Assembly (NCBI GenBank): GCA_002269645.1
Contig: NIVC01000105.1
Location: forward strand, 659,992-723,991
DNA: 64,000 nucleotides
Source of the DNA: Macrostomum lignano
Taxonomy: Eukaryota
Direction of reading: 5' to 3'
Position numbers and translations under genes: made by a program. The notes below the pieces were generated by a model, which was not told the DNA's origin, ran no database searches, and worked only from the letters and a program-made list of their open reading frames with translations. Numbering within the stretch: position 1 is the stretch's first letter; the number at the start of each line of letters is the position of its first letter. Shown here piece by piece: positions 38,022 to 49,373 of the stretch.

Positions 38022-39200
38022 TGTTGTGCTATAGGCCGGATCACTACCCTGACTATCACAGTGAACGAGCCGAAGATGGCGTCAGTCAACTGGCCGGACT
38101 GAATTCGGACTCTGAGCGGGGGATCGCGTCAGGAGACTTAATCAGCCCGTCCCTAATGCACAGATTAATTCCCGCCAGTCCCTCAAATAAGAAAGACACG
38201 CGACTCACTCTGTTTCTCCGGGTAACAGCGGTGGCGGCAGCAGGGGTGGCTTCTCTCAATGTTCTCTCTTCAGTATATAGAATAGACAGGTATCTAGATT
38301 GCAGTATTAGACTTATGGCTGTGACTTGCACAATTCCAAGGAAAGAGAGAGAGATGCCTCCCCTATTGCCGCTCCTACATATATTTATATTTGTGATAGC
38401 TGGTTAAGCCCTGGGGTATTGCTACCCCAGGCCCAGCTAGCTAAAATTACGATCGTCTTATCCAACAAAGAAAAAGTTACAAGTCGGGGTCGCGATTGGA
38501 GGGGAGAGGAAACAAACCGATTGGCTGGACCACCAGCCAATCGCAGGGTGAGCGAGGGGGCGCACTGGGGCCGCAGCCAGCCAAAGCGAGCTGACCTAAC
38601 AGGCAGTGGGGTGGGTGCAACTGGAGGGGGGTTGACGCAGACAGAATGGGGGGGTTGGCGCAGGCACGCGGCCGGGGGGGGGGAGTGCAGAGCCGGGCAC
38701 ACTTTGACAGAAATTGCTCATCGGTGCAAGTGCACCCGGGCACCACAATGTATTTAATTTAGACGAACACACAGCACACAGGAACGTGGCGACGCTAATG
38801 CCGGCGCTGCTGCTATCGGCAAGGCCAGCTCCTCGAAGACCCAACGATCGGTCGGCGCGCTGCCTAGCGCCAGCTCTGCTGATTCCGACCGAGAGGCGAA
38901 ATCAACGAATCACGCTGTGAACAAAGCTGCTAGCGGCCCTTTGGATCAGCCTTCCGACTCTCGAGCTACCACAGCAGCTTTCGAGCATGCTTCGGACGGG
39001 GTATGCAGCGCGTCGGTTCAGGCTCCCGACTCTCCTGCTACCACAGTCGTTACCGAGTGTGCTGCGGGCAGAGCTGGCGAAACTACGGACCGGGCTGATT
39101 ATAGCTCCGAAGGAAAAAAATAAATCAATTCTAATACGGTAATCTTACGGATTTTCCGGTGTACGTGTACCAGTAACCCTCCCTTTTCCAGCGCCTAACA
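38022..39200 (-). repeat. 5' LTR of Gypsy element 1 (about 1179 bp)
   Basis: Minus-strand TGTTAG...CAACA; its end lies 1 nt from the PBS. The start position is less certain because there is no second LTR to compare. Confidence 0.65.
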
Positions 39201-40571
39201 GCTGGCATGTCATTTATATGCCTTATATTACAATTAGTACCATTTGATAACATGCAGTCACTTAGTATTTTACACACTTCACAGTTTTATTTTAGCTGTG
39301 TAAAAATAGTACCTACCCGTTTTTATGTAACCACTTTTCCATCCAGTGTCGGTCTATTCATTTCTGTAAGGAATAATACGTACTCTCCTCCGCCTTTACT
39401 TTTCTTTACTCCACACATATCGTGGTGCATTTTTTTCTTAAGCAAATTTACTTATGTAAGTTTTTGTACATAAAAAGCCCAGCTTGGTTAATTTATCCCA
39501 CCACCCTCCCTTTCCCTCTATCCGCACTCCACCCTCACTTTCCCTCTACCTTCCCTTCCTCTTCCACTTTGCATACTCCTCCTCTCTCTGCTAACCCTCG
39601 ATTAATTGAGGGAGTTGCAACTGCCTCTTTCAACTTGCCTTCCTTTTGATGAGAGTCACTCTCGAATGTCAGAAGGTGAATTTTAATTAACAGCAACCAC
39701 CAGGGGCCGGATACATTGCGCACGCACTTCAGGTGCTTCTCTATATAACGTTTGCTTTCTTTCCTGATATGCACATGCGATAATAAATACACTTGAACCG
39801 ATAGCCCATTGGCAAAGTGTAGACTTTGCAAAGTCTACGAGCCATTTTGCTCACACATTATGACAGTGAAGTTCAGAACAAGTTTTAAATAGCGACCTGA
39901 AGTATAAATCAGGTTGAAGATGGAACAGTACACTGCAAGTTAAAATAAATAGGTAGTTGAAATATATGATATAGTATATTCCAACTACGTATCTTAAGGT
40001 AGGCGTCTATTAGTTTTATTAGTCGACAAACAGGCCGTAACAGGGACAGTGACAGTTGGGACGGTCTTCAGGTATGGAAGTTTAGCCCGATTGGTCATAT
40101 TATTGGTCCCAGGGATGGTCACTCTGATGGTCGCGTTGATGGTCGCACGAATGGTCGCTTCGATGATAGCACGGATAGTCGTTGGGGTGGTCAGGGAGTT
40201 GGTCAGGGAGGATGGTAGCTATATGATGGTTACGGCGTGACAGGTCAATGTTCGCTGAAGGATGGTCTCTCATCTATTTAGCGACCATTTTTTATGTGGG
40301 CTTAAATACCTTTTTGCTTTAAGCTTTTTTACTTTTCAGAAATAAATCTAACTCAATAAACTACCGCCACGGTACGAGCATACGCTACTTTAAGTAGCAA
40401 TGTGAATATGTGTAAATTTGAAAGTGTGTATCGAAGTAAAATTGTAATTTTAGGTGCATCTATAAAGGAAATAGTTGCAATGAAATTGGAATGCACGCCT
40501 TTTAAATTGCAATTGACAATTCTTGCACAATGAAAATATTACGAAATTTCGATGTAATTGAACTAAGAAGC

Positions 40572-41857
40572 TACGAGGGGCACTATTAAAGTTCTGAGCC
40601 TTAATATGAAAGAGAGGAGATATGGGCAAAGTGAGATCAGCTTTTCTCAACATAGTCTCCCCCAACCAAGATGCACTTATGGCATCTTGATCGCAGCGCC
40701 TCAATGCCACTCTGGAAGAATTGCACCGAGCAGCCCTCAAACCAAGCAGTTGCAGCATCCTTCAGCGCATCATCAGTGTCAAATCGCTGTCCACGGAGCG
40801 CCCGCTTGAGATGTGGAAACAGGTGGAAGTCGCTCGGGGCCAGGTCTGGTGAATAGGCTTGGTGCGGCAGCTCTCGAAACCCTGCGACACTGACAGCAGC
40901 CTTGGCAATCCTGCTAGTGTGGGCCGGTGCATTGTCGTGCAGCAGCACAACACCTCGGCGCAGCATCCCTCGCCTATTTTCCTTGATTGCCTCGCGCAGA
41001 CGGGCGATCAGGTCAGCGTAGTAGGCGCCTGTGACTGTCTGCTTGTGCGGTAGAAAGTCCAGCAGCAGCGGGCCCTTGGCATCCCAGAAGACGGTGAGCA
41101 TAATCTTGCCCGCACTGCATGCAGTCCGTGCCTTCAGTGGTGCAGGTGAACCAACTGGCAGCCACTGCTTGGACTCCTGCTTGGACTCGGGATCGTGGTG
41201 ATGGATCCACGTCTCATCCCCGGTCACGCAGCAGGACAGAAAGTTGGCAGGGTCCGGATCGTAGGAGTCCAGGACAAGCTTTGAGTACTGCACCCGTGCG
41301 GTCTTTTGGTCCTTTGTCAAGATTCGTGGGATCCATCTGGCAGAAACCTTGGACAGATGAAGATGCTGGTGCAGGATCTCAATGACTTGCGGGTCAGAGA
41401 GTCCAGTGTCTGCCGCAAGTTCCCTGACTTTCACCCGCTGGCCACTGTCAACCAGAGCCTGGATGCGCTGGATGTTGTCGGCAGTGACAGCAGTCCGGGG
41501 TCGTCCACATCGGGGGTCATCTTCGAGCGAGTCGCGGCCACGCTTGAACTCGGCTGCCCAGCGCTTTATGGTGGCGTATGAGGGGGCAGCGTCAGCGTAC
41601 ACACTAGCCATGCGGCTTTGAATTTCAGCAGGCTTTGAGCCCTCCAGAGTCAAATTTAATCACTGCCCTGTGCTCAAGCTTCAATTCTTGAGAAAATGCC
41701 ATGGGGTGCTGGAAATAAAATGGTGCAGTGGGACTTAGGGAATGCAGAAAATTCTGAAAAGTTGACAATAGACTATTAACATGTGGCGCTTTTAGAGCCT
41801 AAAGTTTCAACACTTTGCCACTATAAGATCTTGGTCAGGCTCAGAACTTTAATAGTG
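40572..41857 (-). mobile_element. mariner (DD34D, Hsmar2/irritans-like TIR), near-intact
   Basis: TA plus TIR cgaggggcactattaaagttctgagcct at 40572-40601; the partner at 41837-41857 lacks its outer 7 bp. ORF 40637-41653 has WIPRIL, GDETW, HDNAPAH and YSPDLAPSD. The probable true ATG is at 41702, out of frame by an apparent 2-nt loss. Confidence 0.96.
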
Positions 41858-43219
41858 GTCACTTTAAGTGAGCTATATTTATATTGTAATGGGTAGGAAC
41901 GTGATTTGATGAATCATTCCAGCAATAAATTTGGACTGTCGAATTTATCAAGCGTGCACACAAATCTCGCGCGTGAGTACCTTTTCCGGGCATTTTAAAT
42001 TTTGCGTCTTAGTGAATTTGACTTTTATCATAACATAGCCAGGGAAAAAAAATCCTGAGTTGTGCAGCTTACAAATGCCGATAAAAATGGTGTGGCCATA
42101 CAGTGAAATGCTAAAAGGTATTATCATCAATAATTGAGTTGCAATTTAACTGTTTTTGACAAAATATTACAATTCATTAAAATTAAATACCATATACTTG
42201 TAATAGACGTAAAAAATATTGCCAAAATTTTTAATTTAATTGTATTAAAATTACAAGTTTCGCGCAGTCTCGTACGATAATTGTGTTATAATAATTCCAT
42301 GACCCCAGCCGCGTCAAAATTTTAAACTTATTTTCCAGATGCCGTTGTAGTAAAACTTAGAGATTACGCTCGTATGATCCAAATTTATGCCCTAAAAGAT
42401 GTCAGCTTATTAAATCACACTGGCTTCATTTCTCAGGCAGTTAAATTTTTGTTTGAGTGGGCTTGCGCAGGGCTGGCATTGGGCTAGCGAATTTCTCTAA
42501 AATGAAATAATAAAATCTAAGCTCTAAAACTTGGCCTAAAAATAAAATAACACATCAAACTTTTTTACACAATTTGTTAAAAATCAGTAGTTGAAATATA
42601 GATGAACGCTTAGAAAACAGACTTTGTGAATTTTTAATTCGTGCACTTCGACTAGTTTGCATTGCCCAGAAACTTACAGAAGTGGGGCTGTAAGGTGGTT
42701 TATTGCCAAAAAATAGAGCTAGGCAGGGGTTTTTGCTTAAGAAAATCAGATTTGGCAGAAGAACTTAAACGCTGTTGACTGGGTACATGTTTATTTATAT
42801 TATGGCGTAGTATATTGCCGCAATCTCTGGAAACTTCATTCATTGAAACAATAACTGCTAGTGATAAATTATTATACGTATTGGTACCGTACGAGCTAGA
42901 GCTAGAAATTTTACTAATATAAAATTTATACTAAGGCCTTAGAACTAAAGTTAGCTTTTAATTATATTAGGGACATTTCTAGAAGAAAATTTTAACGTTA
43001 CTAATAAGAATTTTCTATTTTTTCTAAAAATTATACCGTGGATGTACTTTCTAAATTTGGATATAAATTCACCACAGTAGTTCTCTCACAGCAGACGGAG
43101 TCACAGAGTCTTAAGTAATAAACAATGAAAACAATGTTACCAATACCCATATTGGCTCTGCATTCTGTAGATTGCATATTGGTTCAGAAAAAATGATCAC
43201 TACCGGTTCGGCTGACAGA

Positions 43220-43290
43220 CTTCTCAGTTTTGACGTCGTGTCACTGTTCACCAATATGCCGCTGAAGTTTGCAATTTCGCGTCTAAGGAT
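43220..43290 (+). pseudogene. Penelope-like RT fragment
   Basis: LLSFDVVSLFTNMP matches the SFDV.SLFT.VP motif. Very short. Confidence 0.55.
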
Positions 43291-43297
43291 TGACCTG

Positions 43298-43580
43298 ATG
43301 ACTGCGGACTACGGAGCCATCAATCGTTTGTTACGGCTTTTTTATGGTGCGTCTCGAAAGCCTGATGGTAGGTTTTATGCGCCGGCGACGTTAATTTGCA
43401 TCCGTGCGGCAATCTTCCGCTTCCTTAGGCAACTAAACATCATCGACGACGATGCATTTTATGCCGCTAACGCGACGCTAAAGGCAATAGTACGTAAATT
43501 CACTGCATCCAGTGGCTGAGCTAGGCACTCCCAGTCCATTGAACCAGAAGATATGCGAAATTTGTCTGTGTACTTTGATC
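43298..43580 (+). pseudogene. Crypton-type tyrosine recombinase (DUF3504 family) fragment
   Basis: INRLLRLFYGASRKPDGRFYAPATL..IRAAIFRFL..F..AN..L..G*..HSQSIEPEDM follows the Crypton/ZMYM/KCTD1 pattern. Confidence 0.65.
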
Positions 43581-45043
43581 TACACTCCGTATTTGCTTTA
43601 GTAAACTTGAAGATTTTAATAGAGACGTTTGGTTTGAATTTCCGCCAGAATCCTAGGAGACGAAGTTATCGCGGCTATTTGTTTGAAGGCGCCCCCTTCA
43701 CCCTAATTGTGGGACGATGGAGCCAGTAAGTACTGAAGGAAAATTTTTTTCTATGGTACTTACTGTTGCGATATCGTCCCTAATAAGATGTGCGCCATAT
43801 GTCACACACTAAAATGACGTTTTCAACTTTTAAATGCTGCCATTTTTAAACGGCTTGACCAATTTACAAACGGTTTTTGCCAAAATGCGACAAAGACCTA
43901 GGGCTACCGGAGCCGTAGTGTTTAGTTGCCATAGCAAGGCGTTTTGGTGGCCATGGCAACCAAAAACTCCATTTTTCGACTTAAAAAATTTGAACTCAAA
44001 AAGTAAGGATTGAGTCAACAACACCTGGGGCTGTTAGATGCGCTATAGTTTTTCGGGCAAAAATGTACTTTTCACATGGCTGCCTATCTTCACTTTAAAA
44101 GTACAAATTTTTAGTGCACTTTTGAGGCCTATCTGGTCGAGACAGAAAACTTTATTTCTGCTTTTTTACATTAAATCACTCTAATGGATGTCCTCTATTT
44201 GGAAACACCGATATCTGGCCGATTGGGCCATTAATAACTTGCCCAGGTGCCGAAAAGTGCTTAAAACCGTCGTTTTTGAAAAATTGTATCGCGTTTTAAA
44301 CAGTTGTCTCCAAACTTGAAAAAGTGTTATATGCTACAGTGTCGAGACTTTAACACAACGTGTCCAACGTATGGAAATGTTTTCCTGAATTTTCTAAGCA
44401 TTTTGAGATACCTGTGCTGAGCAGTGGCCCGGAAACCACGGAAAAATGAGGCCGGGGGCTCTTCTTAAAATTAGACGTTGTTAACGAAAACTTTTTAAAA
44501 CGGGCGAATTTTTTAGAGTGTGGTGTCAAATTGCAGCTCATCGGATGCCTGTTCGAACGACGCAAGACACTCTAGAAATTTTTTTTCAACATTGTGTAGC
44601 CGAATAGCTGAAGTTTAACCAGTCATACGCCAATATGGCTGGAGAAGTGTATTTTCGAGAAAATTGCCTCTTCTTCACTTTTGCTAATAACACTGTATTG
44701 GCAAGTCCTAGAGACTCAAGTTTGGTGTCTAACTACAGCACTACGGATGCAATATGCAACTAAATCAGTTTTTGAATACTGATTCTTAGGCTAACATGTC
44801 TCAATAACTGTTTAAATACCTGTCAGAACATGTAAATATGCATAATTTGGCGCCTAGGAGCCGTAAAATTTGTTGACATAGTTTGAAAATGCATTAGATA
44901 AATGCGACTCGTGCTTGTGGGTGAAGCCGTTCAAGGCAGTGAGCAGAAATGTTTGAAAAAGCAGCAAAAATGTTAGAAATGGCTGCTATGGGCGATCTTC
45001 GATATAATTGCGTGTACTGTAGGCCTTTCGCTCAAGCAAGAGC

Positions 45044-45098
45044 TGGCTCAGTGGATAAGTCAACTGTTTTGTTTTCGAGTGTAGCAGGGTTCGAATCC
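45044..45098 (+). pseudogene. tRNA-derived Pol III promoter remnant (A and B boxes)
   Basis: tggctcagtgg (45044-54) and ggttcgaatcc (45088-98); no acceptor or anticodon stems. Confidence 0.55.
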
Positions 45099-46472
45099 CA
45101 AGGGATCAAAGACTTATTATTTTAGTTTTTTTTAGCGCGAATATATTTTTTGTATTTTTTATTCTCCTTTACTTTTTATACAATTTTATTTTATTTTTTT
45201 TTAATTTTAATTTTTTATTTTAAAGGTAACACTGAATGTTGAAGTGCGGCACAGATAATTGTTAGTGCAAGAAAATATTTTTCGATACATGTCGGCAAGT
45301 ATGGCATGTCTGGTAGCCATAAGGCTTACATGTAGCATGCTAAAAAGATGTGTGTAGATGTGGGCAAAGTTGAGGAGGGGTGGGCAGAGCAAGGCTGTGG
45401 GGCGCAGCAGCCCCCAACATTACGCAACTCCCTACAAAACAACTCAAGGGGAGGGGGTGGGGAACGGGGTGGGGGAGCGAGGGGTGTGGGGGCAGCAGCC
45501 CCCCACATTACGCTACCCCCTACGACAACAACCACCCTCTAGATTAAGTTCTGTTTACTCATTCTTGACAGATCTGTTCTTACTTAAGTCTCTTAGCAGA
45601 TCTGTATCTGATTTTGTCTTAAAAGATCTTACAAATATTTGCAAGTCGTTTTTACCATCTGATACGTAAAAAAACATACATGGTTTTTTAGAAAATACTT
45701 ATTATTAGGTAAAGAAAAAATAAAATGGCCAACTGTGTATCAGAAAAAAACTTTCATATATTTTCACATTTCTCTGCTGGATCTTGTCAGATCAGTTCTT
45801 GCAGATCTGTACAGACCAGTTTTGAAAAATGTCTGAATTGTTTTTTCCACAAAATATTTACCATAATAGTAATTACGTTTTTTAAACGATTTGTTTAAAT
45901 ATTCTTTTCGCTAATATGAATATAGTGGACCCGTTTAGTTTGAATTCTTGCTTTTCCGATTTATCCAAATTCTTAGTTCTTTCTTTGAACCTAGCCGAAG
46001 ACTTAATTTTTTATTCCTTAAATCGCTTCATAGTGTAGTATCACTATTTTTTGCCAGAAAAATTTTGTTGAGTATAGCAATGGCTTTAAATGTAGAGTGG
46101 ATCGCGTCATTAATATAAAAAAATTGACATTGACAGGCTATGAAATGTATGCTATATATATATATAGGCTTGTCTCTTACTCCTATAAGTATGAGTAGGC
46201 CTATCCTTAGTTGACAGTCTTACTTTTCGTCTGGTAAGATCTGACGGCAATTGCGATTTCTTATCAGATTTTACATGTTCTGATCAGAAGAGTCAAGAAC
46301 AAAATCAGCTGCTTATGGGGCAAAAATATCGTAGAAAAATATTTGTAATTTATTCAACAAGTGTTTTATTTCATAAAATACCAGCTAGCTAACTTTTGCT
46401 ACTCAGTATAAAATAAAAGTTCTTAATTGGGGTTTCTTATCAGATCTTTTTAAGTTCTTTCAACGCCCATTG

Positions 46473-49373
46473 TTCTTATAGGGGTGCCACCGAATTCGTC
46501 AACATTTAATTCGTCAACTCTGTTGACGAATTCCGTTACCTTAATAAGCACTGTTGACGAATTCGGTTATCTATCTGAGTAGGCCTGTCCAATATACATG
46601 CAGTCTCAAAAATACACCGAAGAAATGAAATTAAAAAAAGACGAAAGCCAATTTCGAAAGTAAAACGAAGGCGAATGCATGGTTATACAAACCCATGGTT
46701 ATTTGTGTATTCATTGTTTATGCGAAAATATAAAGTTAAACTTGCAGTTAAAACGAAACAAAAAGAGTTCTTAGAAAGGAGATTATTTTTTAGAAACGAA
46801 AAGAGCCCGAAGAAGTAAAAAAACTAAAATTAAAAAACTAAAAATTCAATGCAGCATGCTGCACCTTCGGAGAAGCTCCACAGGTGTCAGCTCCTGATCG
46901 TCATACCTGCGGTACAGTGATTTCAATTCAATCGAATAGCACGTACAGCTGTAACTGGCCTCTGTAGGCGCGGGTCTTCAAACGACGGTGCCAGCCTTCG
47001 ACCTCATTGTTTGTTCGCGTGCTCCGCTTGTGAATGCTAACGTCATCAACACTCTAAATCGAGTGGTCCAGCCAAGTGGCTTCTGCATATTCATATACCC
47101 GGCGCACCCGTAGGTCCTGCGTCTGCTGCACTAAATAGCCAAATGCTTTGCGCATGGCGTGGCCAGGCAAAAAAGGCAGAGACATCAGCTGCTTTAGCGA
47201 GTCCTTTACTGCCTGGTCGGTTGAAAATGCCTGTCAATCCGTTTTAATTACGCTGTACATGTCCCTGCCTCTTTATAAAGTACATGTACATGTAAATGTA
47301 CTTTCATAATCCCAACTCACCTGTTGCAGAACTTCCTGTTGAACTCTACGCCAGATGGCTTGCGAATAGTGGAATAGACAGCCGGTAATAGTGTAGTGTG
47401 AGCATCTTTTGCGATAGCCTTTGTATTCTATTAGTTTGGTTTTGCATTATTGTTATTGAATTGTTATTTTGCTTTAGTTTAGTCATACGTTTTTGGTGTA
47501 CTTTTTCCTTGTTAGTTAGAATCAATTTTGCGTAAACAGGCTAGAAGTCAGACGCTATTTGTGACTCAGCGGAGGGTTGAGTTTTTGTCTGCGAACCCCA
47601 GCTTTGCGCGGCCAGCCAATCAGAACCGGCCTGGACCCTGGCACGCGGCAAGTTTCAATTCTACCCGGCGCCGCGGGCACAGTACAATTCGGCTTAAGCA
47701 AGCGGCCGGCCAGACGACCACCACCCGGCTTGAGGGGGGTTTTGAGGGGTTGTGACTCTGACTATATATGAAAGTGTGTTTTGGCAGTCGGATCTCGCTC
47801 TCTCTCTTTCCCCGGTTTTGTCTTGTCCAGCTTCCCGGCCGGTGGCCCGATTTTCTCCTCTCTTGTTGGTTCGCGCTTTGAGGCGCCTGAATTCATCACC
47901 CCCGGTCCGTGTTTTGTTCCCCGCCCAACCGCTTCAGTCTTATAGCGTAACGATTCGGCATCCTTGTCTGACGTCGTCGCTATCAAGCGCGGTTAGATAG
48001 AGACTGTCGGATCTGATCAAGTACGCGGCCTCGACCCCGAGGGCCTCAGTGTTACACTGAAGGGCAGTGCCGATAGAATTCAGTCGGTACTCCGTTGAAC
48101 GGTCGATTCGGCAGGGCTCTCGTTTGAGAGTAGGTTCTGGCTTAGGCCAGGGGTTAGGAGTCTTTCTCCGTGGTCCTGTGTTCGGTGCCTCCTTCTTCTT
48201 CTTCAAGCTGAGATCCGCTTGTCAGTGCGTAATATAATCATTATTATTAATCGTTATTATTCGTTATCATCAGTCTAATTATCTGCGCCGCGAATTGCTT
48301 GAATCCTGTAGCCTGAATAATCAAATTAAATCGTCTAGCCAATTATCAGTTTGTATCACGTAGGATTATCACTCTCTAAATATTTCGGTTTGTGTTCCCT
48401 CGTGTTCTTTATTTTCTTGTACTGTACCTGCGGCTATTGGAGAAAGACTGGTAGGACTCGCCGACCGGCGATAGGCGATTAGGATTAATAGCTTTAAAAT
48501 CTCCGAACGCTCCAAGTAGGTTTGTCTAGGGCCTAAATAATTGCTTACCGTGCATGCTATTTATCTAATTGCCTATTCATCACAATAGTGACCACTGGCC
48601 AGATCTCGCGAGCCGCCTGCCATGCAGCCGCTTCAAAGTCGACCACAAGACTCTGTGGTCCAGCTGCATTACAGAGCTCGGCTGCATAACAAGCTGCACT
48701 ACCCTGGCTGACTCGATCTGCCACTTTGGATATACATGTGCATGTGCATTGTACAATATACAATTATGTATCTGGATACTCAACTATGTACAATTTTTTA
48801 TTGCATGCATGTACATTCACGAAGTGATATATGAAGTCTAAACAATACTTCAGTTTTGTTTGGTCCAAAGAACTGTAGAAGTGCAGTGCTCGTCTTAACA
48901 GAGTCAGAGCCAATTCAATTCACCTTAATTCAATACGCCAATATATTTAAGAATAACAAACTGTACAATCCTTAGGCGGGTCAAAGACAGTCCGGTAGAA
49001 TTTAAAAAGAGCCTAAGTACAAAACGAAGGGAGAGAGAGAAAAATAGGCACGGCATTGCTCACAGAACTCAATTAGCTCACGCTCCACCCCATTGCCAGC
49101 TAGTTGCACATTCAAGTTGGGTTTGTGTATTCTGATGTACGAAGGCTCTTCAATCTTCCAAATATACTATCTTTCTATGTACTAAATCTTTAAATTTAAA
49201 AGAAATTTACATTATTGAGATACGAAACAACTTTTAGTAATTCTGCCTCATTATGTTGACGAATTCTCTCAGCTTGTTTTAACTCTTGACGAATTCGACT
49301 TCCTCCAATTTCTCACATTTGAGGTCTGTTGACGAATTAGATGTTGACGAATTCGGTGTAACCCTCCTTATAG
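46473..49373 (-). mobile_element. Mutator-like element (MULE), deletion derivative 46482-49364 with 9-bp TSD
   Basis: TIRs gggtgccaccgaattcgtcaacatttaattcgtcaac and rc gggttacaccgaattcgtcaacatctaattcgtcaac. TSD ttcttatag / tccttatag. Transposase remnants VVDFEAA, GCLFHYSQA, LMSLPFLP and RTNNEVEGWH. Confidence 0.9.
47392..48584. mobile_element. Solo LTR (1193 bp) with 4-bp TSD ATAG
   Basis: TGTAGTG...CATCACA flanked by atag at 47388-91 and 48585-88. Removing it restores the MULE reading frame. Confidence 0.88.

Larger units (their letters stand above)
34853..39200 (-). mobile_element. Ty3/Gypsy LTR retrotransposon, defective (5' LTR, gag, deleted protease, RT, RNase H, integrase N-terminus; no 3' LTR)
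   Basis: Frameshifted gag with two CCHC knuckles (CGRCLETTHTTQQC, CNYCNRPGHKRARC). RT has LCLDYRRLN, SGYHQ, FGLRNAPATF and YFDD. RNase H has TDAS..ERNY..ELLAI..RTDH. Integrase has H....HLG..WWPG. Domain order RT-RH-IN. Confidence 0.93.

Noticed and set aside
40020-40240. Gly/Asp/Arg-rich degenerate coding stretch
   Set aside because: Contains a stop, has no splice support and no family motif.
45034-45106. Functional tRNA gene
   Set aside because: A and B boxes are present but acceptor and anticodon stems do not pair.
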